A DNA stretch of 64,000 nucleotides from Vicugna vicugna (Eukaryota): NCBI GenBank assembly GCA_013265495.1, contig MU058718.1, positions 3,954,678-4,018,677 on the forward strand. The letters run 5' to 3'. Positions 40,292 to 53,498 of the stretch are shown piece by piece; position 1 is the stretch's first letter; the number at the start of each line of letters is the position of its first letter. The notes beneath the pieces were generated by a model, which had not been told where the DNA came from, searched no databases, and saw only the letters and a program-made list of their open reading frames with translations. The translations under genes and the position numbers were made by a program.

Positions 40292-40872
40292 TGAAGGTTA
40301 CCGGGGTGTTTAAGTGGTGATGGTTCTCACTGGATGGTTGTCTATGGGGAGTTGCAAGCTAACTAGGTTTTCATAGTTAGTCCCCTGCCTGAGCCTTATG
40401 GTCCACTCTGCCCTGGAAAATCAGTCTAAGAGTGAAAAGGAAAGTTGGGGCAAGTTGGCTAGCAAGACCCTGGCCTTTACTGCTAATTTAAAGGCTGCTG
40501 ATAGCAGACCTTAGCCAGTGTGTGGGACAGGAATGTGGAGCTGCCTGCCCCGGCCTCACCTGCCCTTCATCCTTTTTAGCAGTTGAAGCTAAGTAGTTCA
40601 GAGCCAGTCAACTTTTAGACAATGACTCATCCAGGAAAAGTGGGCACTATCCAAATCCCATACCCTGCCGTGCTCTCACCCCCAGGCCATGGGGGAAAAC
40701 GGTAATGAACCTGCTTGGCCGACCTCACTCTGGTACCTCCCTCTATGTCCAATGTGGGGAAAACACTCATTTTGCAAAAACTGAAAAAATTTAAAATGTG
40801 CATTTCCTAACCCACTTTTAAGAATTTCTTCCAATGAAACCATTAGACAAGGGCATAAAGGTATGGAATACC

Positions 40873-40996
40873 TTTTTTTTTTTTTTGCAGGGGAGGGAGG
40901 TAATTAGGTTTATTTTTAGAGGAGGTACTGGGGATTGAACCCAGGACCTCATGCATACTAAGCATGCGCCCTACCACTTGAGCTATACTCTCCTTC
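40873..40996 (-). mobile_element. tRNA-derived SINE (vic-1-like), long form
   Basis: Poly(T) then antisense SINE body; imperfect TSD aggtatggaatac / aggtatggcattc. Confidence 0.87.
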
Positions 40997-43173
40997 AGGT
41001 ATGGCATTCTTTAATAGAAATCATTTCCTTCAGTGTCCCATCAGTAGTGGATTAATTAAATAAGTTATGGTATATCCTTACAACAGAAATCCCACGTAGC
41101 CAGTAAAAATAACTATATATGTAATCACCTGAAAAAAGTCTGTAACATATTGCTAAATATAAAAATAATACTTATAATTTGACATAATTGTAATATATTT
41201 AATAAATAAAAGCCCAATACATATATTTACATGTCTAAATATAATGTGACAACCTCTGGAAAATCATGCAAAGATTTTTACATTTGTGAAATAAATGGCA
41301 GCAAGGATATATACCAAAATATTAACAGTGAATGTCTCTTTGGGGTGAGATGATTTGTTTCTTCCTTTATGGTTTTTTAATATTTTTGAATGTCTTCTAA
41401 TAAGGCTGTATGATAATGAAACACATTTCACAGCACAGTTAAGGTCTGTGAAATCCTGAGTTTCTACTGTCTAAGAAAGGTACTTTGATATTGAAATTAA
41501 TCCTCCGTTGCTCAGTTTCCAGATGGAGGTTCCGTCCAGTTCCGTTGGAGCTGTCTGTTCCCTCAGCTTCTTGGCCTGTCCTAAAGTGAATGCATCCACC
41601 TCCCACTTCCCTGCTACCTCCCCTCCAGCAACACCAGGATAGGAAAAGCGGGTCATGCTGGGAGCCTGCTGGGACGCAGAAGCAGGAATGACACCTGGCA
41701 TATGACAGGTGACCCAGCCGGTGCCCCTGTGATCTGGACGTCCCCAGTTTCACACTAAAAATCCCTTAGCGATTTCCTGTTTGCTTGTCTACCATGAAGT
41801 ATCAGAAACAACCCAGGTTTCATAAACGTGAAAGGCTTCCCGTGGTTTCCCAGAGGTTGTCCTGCAGGGGATTTCCTGTTGACAGAAACACAGGAAAAAG
41901 CAGTGCGGGGGCTGCGCTGGTTGAACATCTGTGCAGCGTCCCTCTGCTGGTCAGTAACCCTGCCGGAGGGAGGCCTGCTTGCTTCGGGGGCAGGGAAACC
42001 GGCTAAGCCGGCAGGACGGGCCCATCCTATCATAGCCCACCAGCGGCCTCATCCCAGGCGTCCTCGCTGAGGCAGCAGAGCTCAGTGTCAGCAACGTCCA
42101 GTCAGTCCCCAGCGGTGCTCAGACTGAATGCACAGAAGTAGCAAGAGAAATAGTTAAGCCATGGAAGGGGGCAGAGGAGGAGCTACTCTAAAAGGCTCAT
42201 ACAAATCTGCATTAGGGTTTTTTTCACTATTGATCTTAGGGAATTTCAAAACCGAGGCTCTTACCTCTTTTCTTATCAGAGATGAATAAGTGCACACCCG
42301 GGAGTTGGTTGTGGCTGGCTCTCTGTCCCAAACAACACTGGACTCTCAAGCTTGATGGCAGCACCAGGGGTTGCGTTTCATCCGATGGGCTGACCTGTCA
42401 CTCCAACCCACAGCCCACGAACTGCCGTCTTTATGCACACAGTGCACCCTGGTCCTCATTTCACTTAGCTTGGCTTGCTCTTCATTTCCCAGATCCCCCT
42501 TCTTTAGCCTTTTTATCAGCAGTTTATCTCTTTAACTGGCCTGTCTGTCCGCCTGACATTCAGCATTCCTCCCACTTTATAGTGCTCTGTATTCCTAATT
42601 GCCTCCTGCCTGTGACTGGAGCAAAATACCCTTAAATGGCCAAAGGGAGATGGATGAATGTCTGCTGGGGAGACTTTTAAACAGTAGGATGATCAGGAAA
42701 ACAGCAGGCTCTTGTGGGAGGAGAGAACAGTGTTTATTCCAGAAAACCAAGAAACATCTGTTCACCTGGGTAGGAAAAAAAAATCCATTTTGAAACTCCC
42801 TTATGTAAATGTCAAGAAAAGCAGTAATTAGGGCCTCTTTTATAAATATCAATGTCAAAATTATTCCGAGGCACGGCAAATTATATAAGTTGAGGCAGAA
42901 AAAAATAAAATAACAATTGCTGGAAAAGTGGGTTTTTTTTTCCCCTTTGATTCGTATTCCCTCACAATTTGCTACTTGCATCAGTTCTTCAGGAAGTGAA
43001 GGGGGTGAGTGGTTGGTTAGGAAGAAAATTTGGAAAAGCAGTTTGGAGGTGGGGAGAGAAGGAGCTTCTGAAAAAGATGCTTCTCTTACTCAAAAGAAAA
43101 CCAGTGGGAGGTAACCTTCTATTTGAATACATGCTGTAAATAAAACCCTCCTTTTCTTTTCTTTTTTAAATAG

Positions 43174-43230
43174 GAACCACTTGAATTTAAATTTCCAAAC
43201 ATCTCTTATCCCGCCCTGGGGCTCTTAAAG
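43174..43230 (+). CDS. CDKL1: CDKL1 coding exon 7
   Basis: Pyrimidine tract + atag; EPLEFKFPNISYPALGLLK; donor AAG|gtaaaa; 57 nt. Confidence 0.95.
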
Positions 43231-44345
43231 GTAAAATCATGGCTTCCAACAGATCAGGAAGGAGGCGGCAGCTGTATCTTTGGGGAATCTGAATGATTTA
43301 TGTCAGTTCGTGGATGGGAAAGTGTTCCTTTTAGAATTCTCCTTTGAAAAGTCTATGTGTTTTCCATTTTTAAAATGGGTCACAGTGAAAACATCTGTGT
43401 TTGTCACTTGAAATAAATCTAATATTGTATTTGAAATCTAAATTTACACAAAACAGAAATTTCAGAGGGGTGGTGTTTGTTTTACAAAAGGATCCTTTTC
43501 TTCAAAAAATGTTTAGCCACAGGATCCTTTTAAATAGTCAACTCCCTACTATATTTGAAGTTAGTTTTGATTTTAAAACTTGATTTATATATACATCTTC
43601 AGAAATGTATAGCCCTTATATAAAATGAGGTGCTAATTGAAATATTGGCAAGTTACAGTCAATGTCCCAACCATTTCAAAAAGTATTTAAAACATTTACT
43701 GATGCATTTATAATTTTTTTAAATGAGACAGTTCCTTGGGGTATGTAGTTGTGGGATTTAATCTATCTAAGTATGAGCCCTATGGCCCATTTCCTGGCAA
43801 AGCAAATAGTTAAGAATGATGTAATCTAAAGAGATGTATTTTATGCCTCACCTTCCCTATATACACATAGATGCTTGTATGCATTGACTATTTCTGGAAG
43901 AATATACAGAAAAACAACTGACTGTAGGAGGGAGAATGGAAGAATTCGAGTGCTGGAGAGACTCTGCTGCACCCTGTATGAATTTTATTTCTACCATGTA
44001 TCGGTATTATTTTTTCAGTGAAAAAACTAGTTTTTACAAAGTATATCCAAGGGACCAAATGGGTTAAGTGGATTATTCTAGTTGGACACTGAGGTTACTC
44101 AGAAACCGTACCCTGCTCCCTCAGGGCAGAGCACTGACTGCCTCAGGAAAAGAACAAGGTAGAGAAAATGATTTTTTGTTACTATTCCTAGAAATTGTCT
44201 ATTAATTCATTATGTGTTTACCCATTTAGGAATTATAGTGGAAGGAAAAAATCATGATTGGTGTGTTTTTCCTACTTCTTCCCCTCCTTTTGTTGCCAAC
44301 TGAAGAGTTTATTCTTCCAAAGAAGAAAAAAAATGATATTAATAA

Positions 44346-44633
<288 letters not shown>

Positions 44634-45495
44634 TAATCTATACTTGAGGTGGCAGTTGTGGCTTGCAGCTCTAGCACCCTTATTACTGTCAACCAGGGTC
44701 CCAGAGACCTATGCCTCCTAAAGGCCCTTCTACCTGAATCCTAAAGGTGCCCTTGTCGGGCAGCTCCCTGCTGCCACCCAGGGGCCGGGGCTTTTGGTGT
44801 GTCCGAGCACAGGTCCCAGCCAGGGACAAGGGTATGAGTACTGCTGAGCATGCTTGCGCTTTGGAAAAAGGAATCAAACTTATCCAGGGCAGCCCTTTGT
44901 CTTCATGTTTACCTTCAGTATTGACTGGCATTCCAGGTTTATTGAAAAAAGGAACTGTTTTCCTCCCTGATTCTTTAATCATCAGAGTTGGTAGGTAAAT
45001 GTGGTGCTTTCGGTGATAGCAGGACAGTACTTTGGACCCGAGCGTGGTATCCAAGCTGCACACTGGAAGCCTGTGAAAAACTGTGATTGGTGCAAAGTGG
45101 CAGAATGGCCTTTTTTTAAGTGTCTTGTCATAAGCCCAAAGCTGTAATATTTAGAACGGACTATAGTTGGAACCATAGCTGAGATGAGCTGGCTGCTCCT
45201 GGTCGCTTCTGGATCTGCCTGGGTACCCCTGAAGCTACAAATTATCTTGCCTTAGTCTTTCCCTTTACAGCCTCTGCTACCCAGCACGTTGAGTGGCAGC
45301 TGGGTGGAGCGTGTGAGGTTTGGAGGAGAAAGAGGGTGGACAGTCCCTCAGGAACAGGTATAGCATGAAATCCAGGGCCCTAATCCAGACCAGAGTTATG
45401 AAATTAAGAATGCTTTTAATGCAAGAGACTGGAAATAGACTTTCCCCTGAGTTACCCCTTACCTGGCTGTTTGTGTTCAAGAGTAAAGGATCTTG

Positions 45496-45662
45496 GCTGC
45501 TGTCCCTTCTGAGTGAGATGGCCTGCACTCTGTCTATGGAGTGCATGAATATTGGGCACCCAAGCCCCACACCTCGTGGCCTTTCTCCCGCCTTCTGAAA
45601 CAGCCTGCACTCTGTGGAGTATGCGTCTCTCTAAATAAATCTACTACTACTTAAAAAAAAAA
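45496..45662 (+). mobile_element. L1-mobilised polyadenylated fragment (LTR R-region-like) with 17-bp TSD
   Basis: TSD AAGAGTAAAGGATCTTG (45479-45495) / AAGAGTAAAGGGTCTTG (45663-45679); AATAAA at 45634-45639, then poly(A) from 45653. Confidence 0.8.
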
Positions 45663-46416
45663 AAGAGTAAAGGGTCTTGACAGAAATATTTTTACTTAAA
45701 CGAATAGGAGAACCCCACTAATTTGTATATTGCTTATAGGTCCCAAAGAATTCAACTGTTGATTTAAAAGTACTAAAAAGTACCCACTTTTCGGATTCCT
45801 AAGGCTATATAGTACAATTCAAAAAAAACTGTGTGCTCCCCTTATTTTCATTTGACATTGACGATAAAGTCAAACATTTTCTGGCAGCATGAAAGGAGCA
45901 GTTTTGCCTTTTAACCAAGGTTGTAAGTGGGCAAATCACCTAAGTGCTCTGGACATCAGTTTTCTTTGCTATAAGATAAGATATTGTCTTAAATGATCCC
46001 TAAGGCCCCAGCAAGCTCTTAACTCCCAAGAAGCTATGCTTTCTTCCAATAAAGTTAACATGTAGATTTCCCCTTCTTTTTCATATTCTCCAAATTTCCT
46101 TTAATGTATGTGCATGTTCTGCTTTGTAATTAAAAAAAAAAAACCTTGAAAACAAAAAGCAGAGACCAAATTTAAACATTTTGTCCTCTCTCAGGTCCTA
46201 GATTCTATGCAGAAAAAGTATTTCTGAGTTGAAAAAGTTATTTATCTTTTTTGGTGGGGGGCAGGGGGAGCAGAGAAAGGTTTAGTGCAGGGCTGAGCAG
46301 GGAGAACGGGTGGCTTGTGCCCAAAGAAAGCCCAAACTCTATATTTTTTGATGTGTTATCAATAATAAAAAAAAAGCAGACATCATTGAACTTACTTCTG
46401 TGTTTTGTATTTTCAG

Positions 46417-46524
46417 TTGCAGTACCTACCTCAGCTGACCAGCAGCAGTGTCCTTCCAGCTTTGGATAATAAGAAGTACTACTACAACACCAAGAAACTT
46501 AACTACCGTTTTCCAAACATTTAA
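46417..46524 (+). CDS. CDKL1: CDKL1 last coding exon
   Basis: ttttcag acceptor; LQYLPQLTSSSVLPALDNKKYYYNTKKLNYRFPNI*, matching the recalled CDKL1 C-terminus. Confidence 0.96.
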   Translation: MQYLPQLTSSSVLPALDNKKYYYNTKKLNYRFPNI

Positions 46525-46789
46525 AGAGCTTGCAGGCTGATGATAAAAAAAAATTGATCAGTAATTTGAAGAAACCATACATCTGATTGAAAACAATCCC
46601 AGGGTTAAAAAAACATCAGGAGAAAACATAACTAACTAACTGGGGGAGGCCACTTGGCAGGACGTGAAGGGAAATTCCAGGGGCAGTCTTCCACGCTTGA
46701 CGACGGTGTCCAGAACAGAAAGGAAAAACTTGCTTGGATTTTTCACTTGTATTCTTGTTGTCTCTAAGTAACTGAGCTTACAGACAGAA

Positions 46790-46795
46790 AATAAA
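46790..46795 (+). terminator. CDKL1: Candidate CDKL1 polyadenylation signal
   Basis: First AATAAA downstream of the stop codon (~265 nt). Confidence 0.55.
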
Positions 46796-49474
46796 CTGTA
46801 TCTACTGCCCATACCACTGCAAAATTACAGATGCAAAGGATTTATGCTTCAACTATACCATATGCAACAAGTGAAAAATGGATTACAGAACACCCATATG
46901 TATTTCCTTGGATCCCTGATGCCTTAAGTCCTATCTCCTGCCTTTTCAGATTGTCTCCACATCATATTTAAAGAGAGTTTTCGTTTTTGAAATCAAAATG
47001 TTTAAAATTCCATTTTCTGCTTGCCCCGGCTTTTGATTTTTATATTTTGAAACATTTTAATATTTAAGAGTTGTTCAAAATATTTAAAATCATGTGGATT
47101 ACCATAAAAGACTAATTTATATGCTTATATATTTAGTGACAAGTCTATATAGATATTTCTCACATATTCTTTTGTCTTTACCTTTAGTAAAGGATGCATC
47201 TTTGTTATTTTCGCAGGCAAGGTGAATTTACTGTAATCCGTCTACACTTGTTCACCCAGTTCCCCTTGCAAACAATGGCATGAAGCTTGGCAGCTGACCA
47301 AGTAGCCGAACGAGATCTACCGGCTTCGCAGGACCTGGGCCCGCCAGCCTCAGAGTAATTAGTGCTTCATTCTCTCCAGCTCAGCCTCGGACTCGGACAC
47401 AGATCTACACGCAGGGCTACATACAGTGATCTGAGTTCTGGAAGAAGCTGCTTATGAGCGTTCACTTGGGTCATAAAAGACAGTAGGTTATAAATCGATG
47501 TTTTCCTTGAAATATCTTTTTACACTGTATATATGTATGTATATGTGTCTAGTATACACATAGGCATGTGTATATATACCAACCTAATAACTAAAAGATA
47601 ATGGCTAATAACTAGTTCAAAATGATATTATTGAGGATTTCTAGCTTTGTACAGAGATAATTAAAATGACGACATAGAATTAGCTTTGATTTGGCCTATT
47701 GCTCCTATTCAAAAAGCTTTTTCATCCTTGTCCCCTGGACACAAGGGTGGTAGAAGCTGATGTCTGTTTCTTATAGCTCACCTCCATTTTTGGTTGATGA
47801 GCTGCTATTTCCCAGCAGTTCTCAGCTGTGGTTTTTGAAGATGTATTTTACGGTGTCTTCTAAACATTTCTTCTGCACTCTCAGCTTTAATGCTATGTTG
47901 ATTTTCTTCATAAGCACATTTGACCTTATTCTCTTCCTGCTAAATAATCCACCAAATTCTGGTATCTGTTCAATAATTTGGCTACCCCAGCCAGTTTAAT
48001 GATACCCTGGGGCTTCCTGATGTATGTAGCTTCTTGCACAGAGCTGATGGCGGGGTAAATGCTGGTCACAGTACTGTCTAGTTCTTGTTATGTAGACTTG
48101 ATTCAAATGACAAAGAAGGACATCCAACTTCTGAGAATAGTTTACATTTTGTGTTTTTTTCCCTTACCCCTAACAATGCACTTGATGAGGCAGATGACTA
48201 TAACTGCCTAATTCATCCTGTAGTTTCAAAAAAAAAAAACCAGAATAGAAAAGTAGCTCCAGACCAAACTGTGGTGAATGAGATGCTTCACCAGACAGTA
48301 ACTGAACAAACCTCAGAAAGAAGTGCTCGTTTTTTTTTTAATGAATTCTATTAAATATATCCTTATACTTAATTTAACCATATTGTGATCCTTTCTTCAG
48401 CATGGAATCACCAATATGTCACATGAGACTGTTCTGTATCCTTACCTTTTTAAAAATTTACTGTTTATGATTTTTTTAAATGACGGTGGAAATTATATTA
48501 ACAAACAGTGTATCATTTATAGTATGTGCTGTTTACATAAGCTGGTTTCTAAACACAACTAAAATTCACTTTTCTACTTGAATGTTGCATCACAGAAAGG
48601 ATTTATTTTAAAATTATTTCCAGTCAAGGTTATATTCAACAGATTAATATTCAAACATATGGAAATCCACAAAAGTTGGCATATAATACCCAAATCAGGG
48701 CCATTGCAAGCAGGTACAAATATAGGTTGGTTTTTGTCTATTTATGATATTCTTCATCACTGCTTTCTAGATGTAAAGAGAATTTTGTGCTTATACTTCT
48801 GCATGATGTCCCTGGAGCGCATGGGAAGTAGTATCCAACATACATGAGGGAATAAAAATGAGCTTCTAATTAACATGTTAAAATTTTCTGTATAAAGTAA
48901 TTTTTTAATTTAAGCAAAAAGCATGGCTATGCTAGTCTCCATGATTGTCTCCTCGGTTTTACTGCAATCAGCAAAACTATTTGAATCCAGCCAAGTATTC
49001 ATGTTTAATTTTAATAAAACACCAGATCAAGCTTACAATATAGACAAATTAGCCAGAAACTGTTCATTCAGAGAAAGGATGGATGTTATAAAGAACACAG
49101 GAATGCAGGATCATGAGACATGCATGCAAGTCCTGGCAAGCAGTGTGAATGCCCCAGCAACCCCGGCTGCTCTGCATAATTGACTCTATCAATAAATCTG
49201 AAATTTAGCTTTAAATTCTTCATAATTGTACATTTATAGTAACATGCTTCAATAATTTTAAAGTAAAATCTAACATAAACTACTGTTAAAGAATGTGTTG
49301 TACATTTGAATCATTTTAAAATGTCTACATCAAGAGATACCTGTACAGATATCTATACAAAATGAGGACTATATTAGAATTAAAATAGTACCTGGTTTTC
49401 ATTTTTCTTAAAATGATTTAACGTACATAAATTCTCACTTCCAACTTAGTACTTCAGTGAATCATGTCTGAATG

Positions 49475-49480
49475 TTTATT
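49475..49480 (-). terminator. DMAC2L: Candidate DMAC2L proximal polyadenylation signal
   Basis: TTTATT on + strand (AATAAA on -) ~150 nt past the stop; another at 48602-48607. Confidence 0.5.
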
Positions 49481-49629
49481 TTCTACATGATGGGCTCTGC
49501 TTCTAGAATGTCATGATGTAACATCCTTACAGTTCTGTTGATGATTATATAAGATTTGTTGCTGTTCAGGACCAACAATTTCAAGTGATACTTTAAATTG
49601 AAATAAGACACTTACTGAATATTATTATT

Positions 49630-49744
49630 TTACTTCAAGTCCAATTTTAGTTCCAGAGAAGGCAGTGATGTCTTAAAGGCTTGGACAATTTTTTCTTTTT
49701 CTTTTACTCCAGGAAGATCACTTAAAAACAAATACTTGAGGTTT
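49630..49744 (-). CDS. DMAC2L: DMAC2L last coding exon
   Basis: ttgcag acceptor; NLKYLFLSDLPGVKEKEKIVQAFKTSLPSLELKLDLK*. The four exons sum to 603 nt = 200 aa + stop with consistent phases. Confidence 0.96.
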
Positions 49745-50091
49745 CTGCAAAAAGAGAAATTACAAAAAGTTACTTTAATTTGGCCTTTACTCTTACAGCA
49801 TTAAAAATAAACTTGCTTTATTGCTTTTTTAAAAAATTAAACACAGAATGTGTTTGTATCACCCTACACTTTGAAAATGACTTTTAGAACAGTAGTACTA
49901 TTTTAAATGAAATTCATGCTAGGAACTAAGCTAGACTTTGGGAAGTTCAGTTGTTCTGAATCAATAGTTCTGCTGAGTTTTTCCAAATACAATATGTATA
50001 CTGTGGAATAGGACTTCTTTGCATGTTAAATATAAAATATGACATCAGTCTTGTCAATGATTTTTTGAATCTGACAAAAATAACCAAATGG

Positions 50092-50708
50092 AAAAGCTTC
50101 TGGACCCCTAAAGGAAACCATCAACAAAATGAAAAGGCAGCCTACTGAATGGGAGAAAATCTTTGCAAATCATATCTGATAAGGGACTAATAAGCAAAAT
50201 GTATAAAGAACTCATACAACTTGATAGCAAAAAAACAAACAATCTGATTTAAAAGCAGGCAACAGATCTGAATAGACATTTCCCAAAGAAGACGTACAGA
50301 TGGATAAGAGGTACATGAAAAGATGCTCAGCATCATTACTCATCAGGGAAATGCAAATCAAAACCACAATGAGATATCACTCCACACCTGTTGGCATGGC
50401 TATTATCAGAAAGACTAGAAATAAGTGTTGGTGAGGGTGTGGAGAAAAGAGAATCCTTATGCACTATTATTGGTGGGAATGTAAACTGGTGTAGCCACTA
50501 TGGAAAACAGCATGGAGGTTCCTCAAAAAATTAAAAATAGAACTACCATGTGAGCCAGCAATTCCACTTTTAGGTATTTGAAGAAAACAAACACACTAAC
50601 TCAAAAAGATGTATGCACCCCTGTGTTCATTGCAGCATTATTTACAATAGCCAAGATACAGAAACAACCTAAGTATCCACTGATGGGTGAATGGATAAAG
50701 AAAATGTG

Positions 50709-50749
<41 letters not shown>

Positions 50750-51000
50750 ATATAGTATTCAGCCATAAAAAAGAATGATATTCTGCCATTTGCGACAACA
50801 TTGATGGACCTCAGGGACATTATGCTAAGTGAAGTAACTCAGACAAATAATGTATGTTATCTCATATGTGGAAACTCTAACCAAGCTCACAGGTACAGAA
50901 CAGACTGGTGGTTGCCAGAGGCAGGAGGTGGGGAGTGGGAGAAATGAGTGAACTGTTCATATTTTTGTTTTTAGTTTAAATAAATTGAATTTAAAAAATA
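50092..51000 (+). mobile_element. L1 3' portion (ORF2 C-terminus + 3' UTR) in the last DMAC2L intron
   Basis: aaaaggcagcctactgaatgggagaaaatctttgcaaat...gaaatgcaaatcaaaaccacaatgagatatcac...; contains (TA)n at ~50712-50745. Confidence 0.9.
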
Positions 51001-51510
51001 TGAATCTTAACCTAGGAAGGAAACGAAATTGGGAAAGGAACTTAAAGGAACTCCTTTCAATTAAAAGCTGAAGATTTAAAGCCTCAACTAATGTAAGAGA
51101 TAAACAGTCTGGTACTTTTGGTTCTAACGTTTAAAATTTCTCAAACTTTCAGTGATGCTGAGGTTATTGGCAGAACATGGGGGAAACTGTTTTAAAAGAT
51201 GGGGAGAAGGTATAATAGTTAATGCTTATTGAGAGCTTACTGTAACAGGCACCATGCTAGGTGTTTTACATAGATGAAACTTTTTAAAAAGTGCTCCCTA
51301 AAAAGTGCAATAAAACCATAATATATTAAGGTTGATCATTTAAACTGTTTTAAACTATTATATGAAGTTTATAATGAAAGGTAAGTCATTTTCTTAAATT
51401 TTGTTTTTCAGAACTTAAAAAAAAAAAAGACACCACCCTCTCAACTTTTAAATTCTGATTATTCACATCAACATCATTACCAAGTTTCCATTTTGGCACT
51501 GAGCACCTAC

Positions 51511-51682
51511 CTTAAATGATGCAAAGCAATGATACCTTTGTCTGTGACATTCCCACATGAAATTATTTCCATTTCCAATAGGCTTTTTCGTAAATTTTCA
51601 AGTTGACTAAGTCTCTCCAAACAGCCATCTTCAATATAGTGACACTTGCATAGCCTTATTTTTTCAACATGCTGTAGGCACT
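51511..51682 (-). CDS. DMAC2L: DMAC2L coding exon 3 (leucine-rich-repeat region)
   Basis: (E)CLQHVEKIRLCKCHYIEDGCLERLSQLENLRKSLLEMEIISCGNVTDKGIIALHHL(R); ccag acceptor, gtaggt donor; 172 nt. Confidence 0.96.
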
Positions 51683-51719
51683 CTGGGGAGAAAAAAAGTT
51701 TAAGAACCTACTTTACCGT

Positions 51720-51822
51720 TAAGATGACCAACTGTCCTAGTTTCCCCAGAACTGTTCTAGTTTTAGGATTGAAAGTCCTAGGAAACCTTAGTCCCAGGAA
51801 ACCTGGAACGATTAGTCACCCA
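51720..51822. mobile_element. MER81-like hAT-Blackjack MITE
   Basis: Terminal inverted repeats gatgaccaactgtcc ... ggaacgattagtcaccc, ~100 bp. Confidence 0.65.
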
Positions 51823-52243
51823 TACAAGGTGTTCACTATACAGGTTGTGCTGACAGACAGGGCCATTCTGCAGTCACATGCCCATGCACTGGAGGGAAGA
51901 AATGCCCACACAAGCAGAAGCTCTGTGGATATAATTATTTCTACATTGTTGAAGGTTTCTCAATGACAGAAGTTTGGCAAAGATAGTTTGACAAAGCCTT
52001 GAATTTTAAGTCAATAAATCACAGAATAAAGGCATGTAGAGACAAGCTTAGTGCAGGAAGAAAGTAGAGGAAGGTGTTTGTAACTTCTATTTAATTTAAA
52101 AATAAATATCAGACACAGGAAGAAACAAACTGGATTGGGCTGAAAAGGGCAAAAAGGAGCCACTTTTGACGATAATAGTAAACTGCAACCGAATGTCACT
52201 GCAAGTCACCTGCATTTCCCATAACAAATGATAGGGGAGTTAC

Positions 52244-52452
52244 CCAAGTGATCAAATCCAATGTTCATGATACAAGAATCAGTGGCATCAATCGCCTGAA
52301 TCTTGTACTTGTCCAGAGGGCCTGTGGGCAGGTGGTTGTAGTCCTTCTGCCACCTCTCCTGGCCGTGGTAGCGTACCATGGCCCCACAGCGCAGCAGCCA
52401 CTCGGACGCCGCCCTGTCAGGGCCGACATCCCTGATACGATCGTGATCCACT
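52244..52452 (-). CDS. DMAC2L: DMAC2L coding exon 2
   Basis: VDHDRIRDVGPDRAASEWLLRCGAMVRYHGQERWQKDYNHLPTGPLDKYKIQAIDATDSCIMNIGFDHL; canonical AG/GT; 209 nt. Confidence 0.97.
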
Positions 52453-53391
52453 CTGTTGGCAAGAGAACAAAAGAAGGCAGCTTTTACTGTAATCACTAGC
52501 TTTGTAACTATGTTCACCAATGTAAATACAGAATAACCAACCACTTTTCACTTCAAATGGCGAGGAGGGAGACAAGTATATGAGTGAAATCTGTGTAAAG
52601 AAAACATTCAGTGGCTCTGCCTGCAACCTTTTTTGCTTTTGTTCTTATTTCCAAGTGAACTCAGTCAAGGCATCTCGTTTTTATATGAGTTTATCAGGCA
52701 AACACAAGTCTTCATTGATTCGTATGCAGCACAGTAGCTTGACACCAGGAGGGACTCAGTAAGTATATATTGAATGAATGACTAGACTTGGTTATTTTTA
52801 TTGATGATAAAAGATTGAAGAGGGAATAATTTTGAGCCCCTGTTCAAATTAATGTCATTAAATGATATTTATTAATTCCTACACGTGCCTTTTTCTCTAG
52901 TTAGTAGTATTAATGCTATACTAAGCAATGAGGTTAGTTTCATCAGTTTCAAAATATTTCTAAGCATGCCACCAAGTAACTTTTTAAAAACTTGAGTTCC
53001 CTTGATAGGATTCAAAAGGTTAACTACATTCCTTAAGAAGCCATAGAATAAAATATTCTAAAATTACATTTACTGAAAATTACATTTTTCTGATTATAAA
53101 AGTAATACATGTTCATTTTAGAAAATTGAAAGGCATTGAAAGGATGAATAACAATTACTGAAGTTCTTCAACCCAGGCAGTCATAGATAATATTCTGTAA
53201 TCTATTTTTTTTAGTCTTTATTCAATGCTTGTGTGTATGTTTTATTTGTTTGTTTTAAAAGAAAATTAGAATCATACTGCACTCACTGCACAAAAACCAT
53301 TTGAGATATAAGAAATAACGAAATTAACTATTGGAAACTTATCAAACTGTAACAATCCCCACTTTTCTTCACTTTAGTTAGAGTAACTTAC

Positions 53392-53498
53392 TTATTAAAC
53401 ACTGCATTCAACCAGCCCCAGAAGTATCTGGAGTCACATGACCACGGGAGTTTCTTTAAGCCACACAACTGCCGGGAAATATTTCCAAACAGCATCAT
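53392..53498 (-). CDS. DMAC2L: DMAC2L (ATP5S, ATP synthase subunit s / coupling factor B) coding exon 1, mitochondrial presequence
   Basis: Minus strand: tctag|ATCA ATG ATG...; MMLFGNISRQLCGLKKLPWSCDSRYFWGWLNAVFN(K); donor AA|gtaagt. Confidence 0.95.

Noticed and set aside
47782..47939. Exon-like purine-rich segment on the minus strand (tag|cag acceptor, GAG|gtgagc donor) downstream of DMAC2L
   Set aside because: Weak polypyrimidine tract, stops in the frames examined and no recognisable homology; cannot be supported without transcript data.
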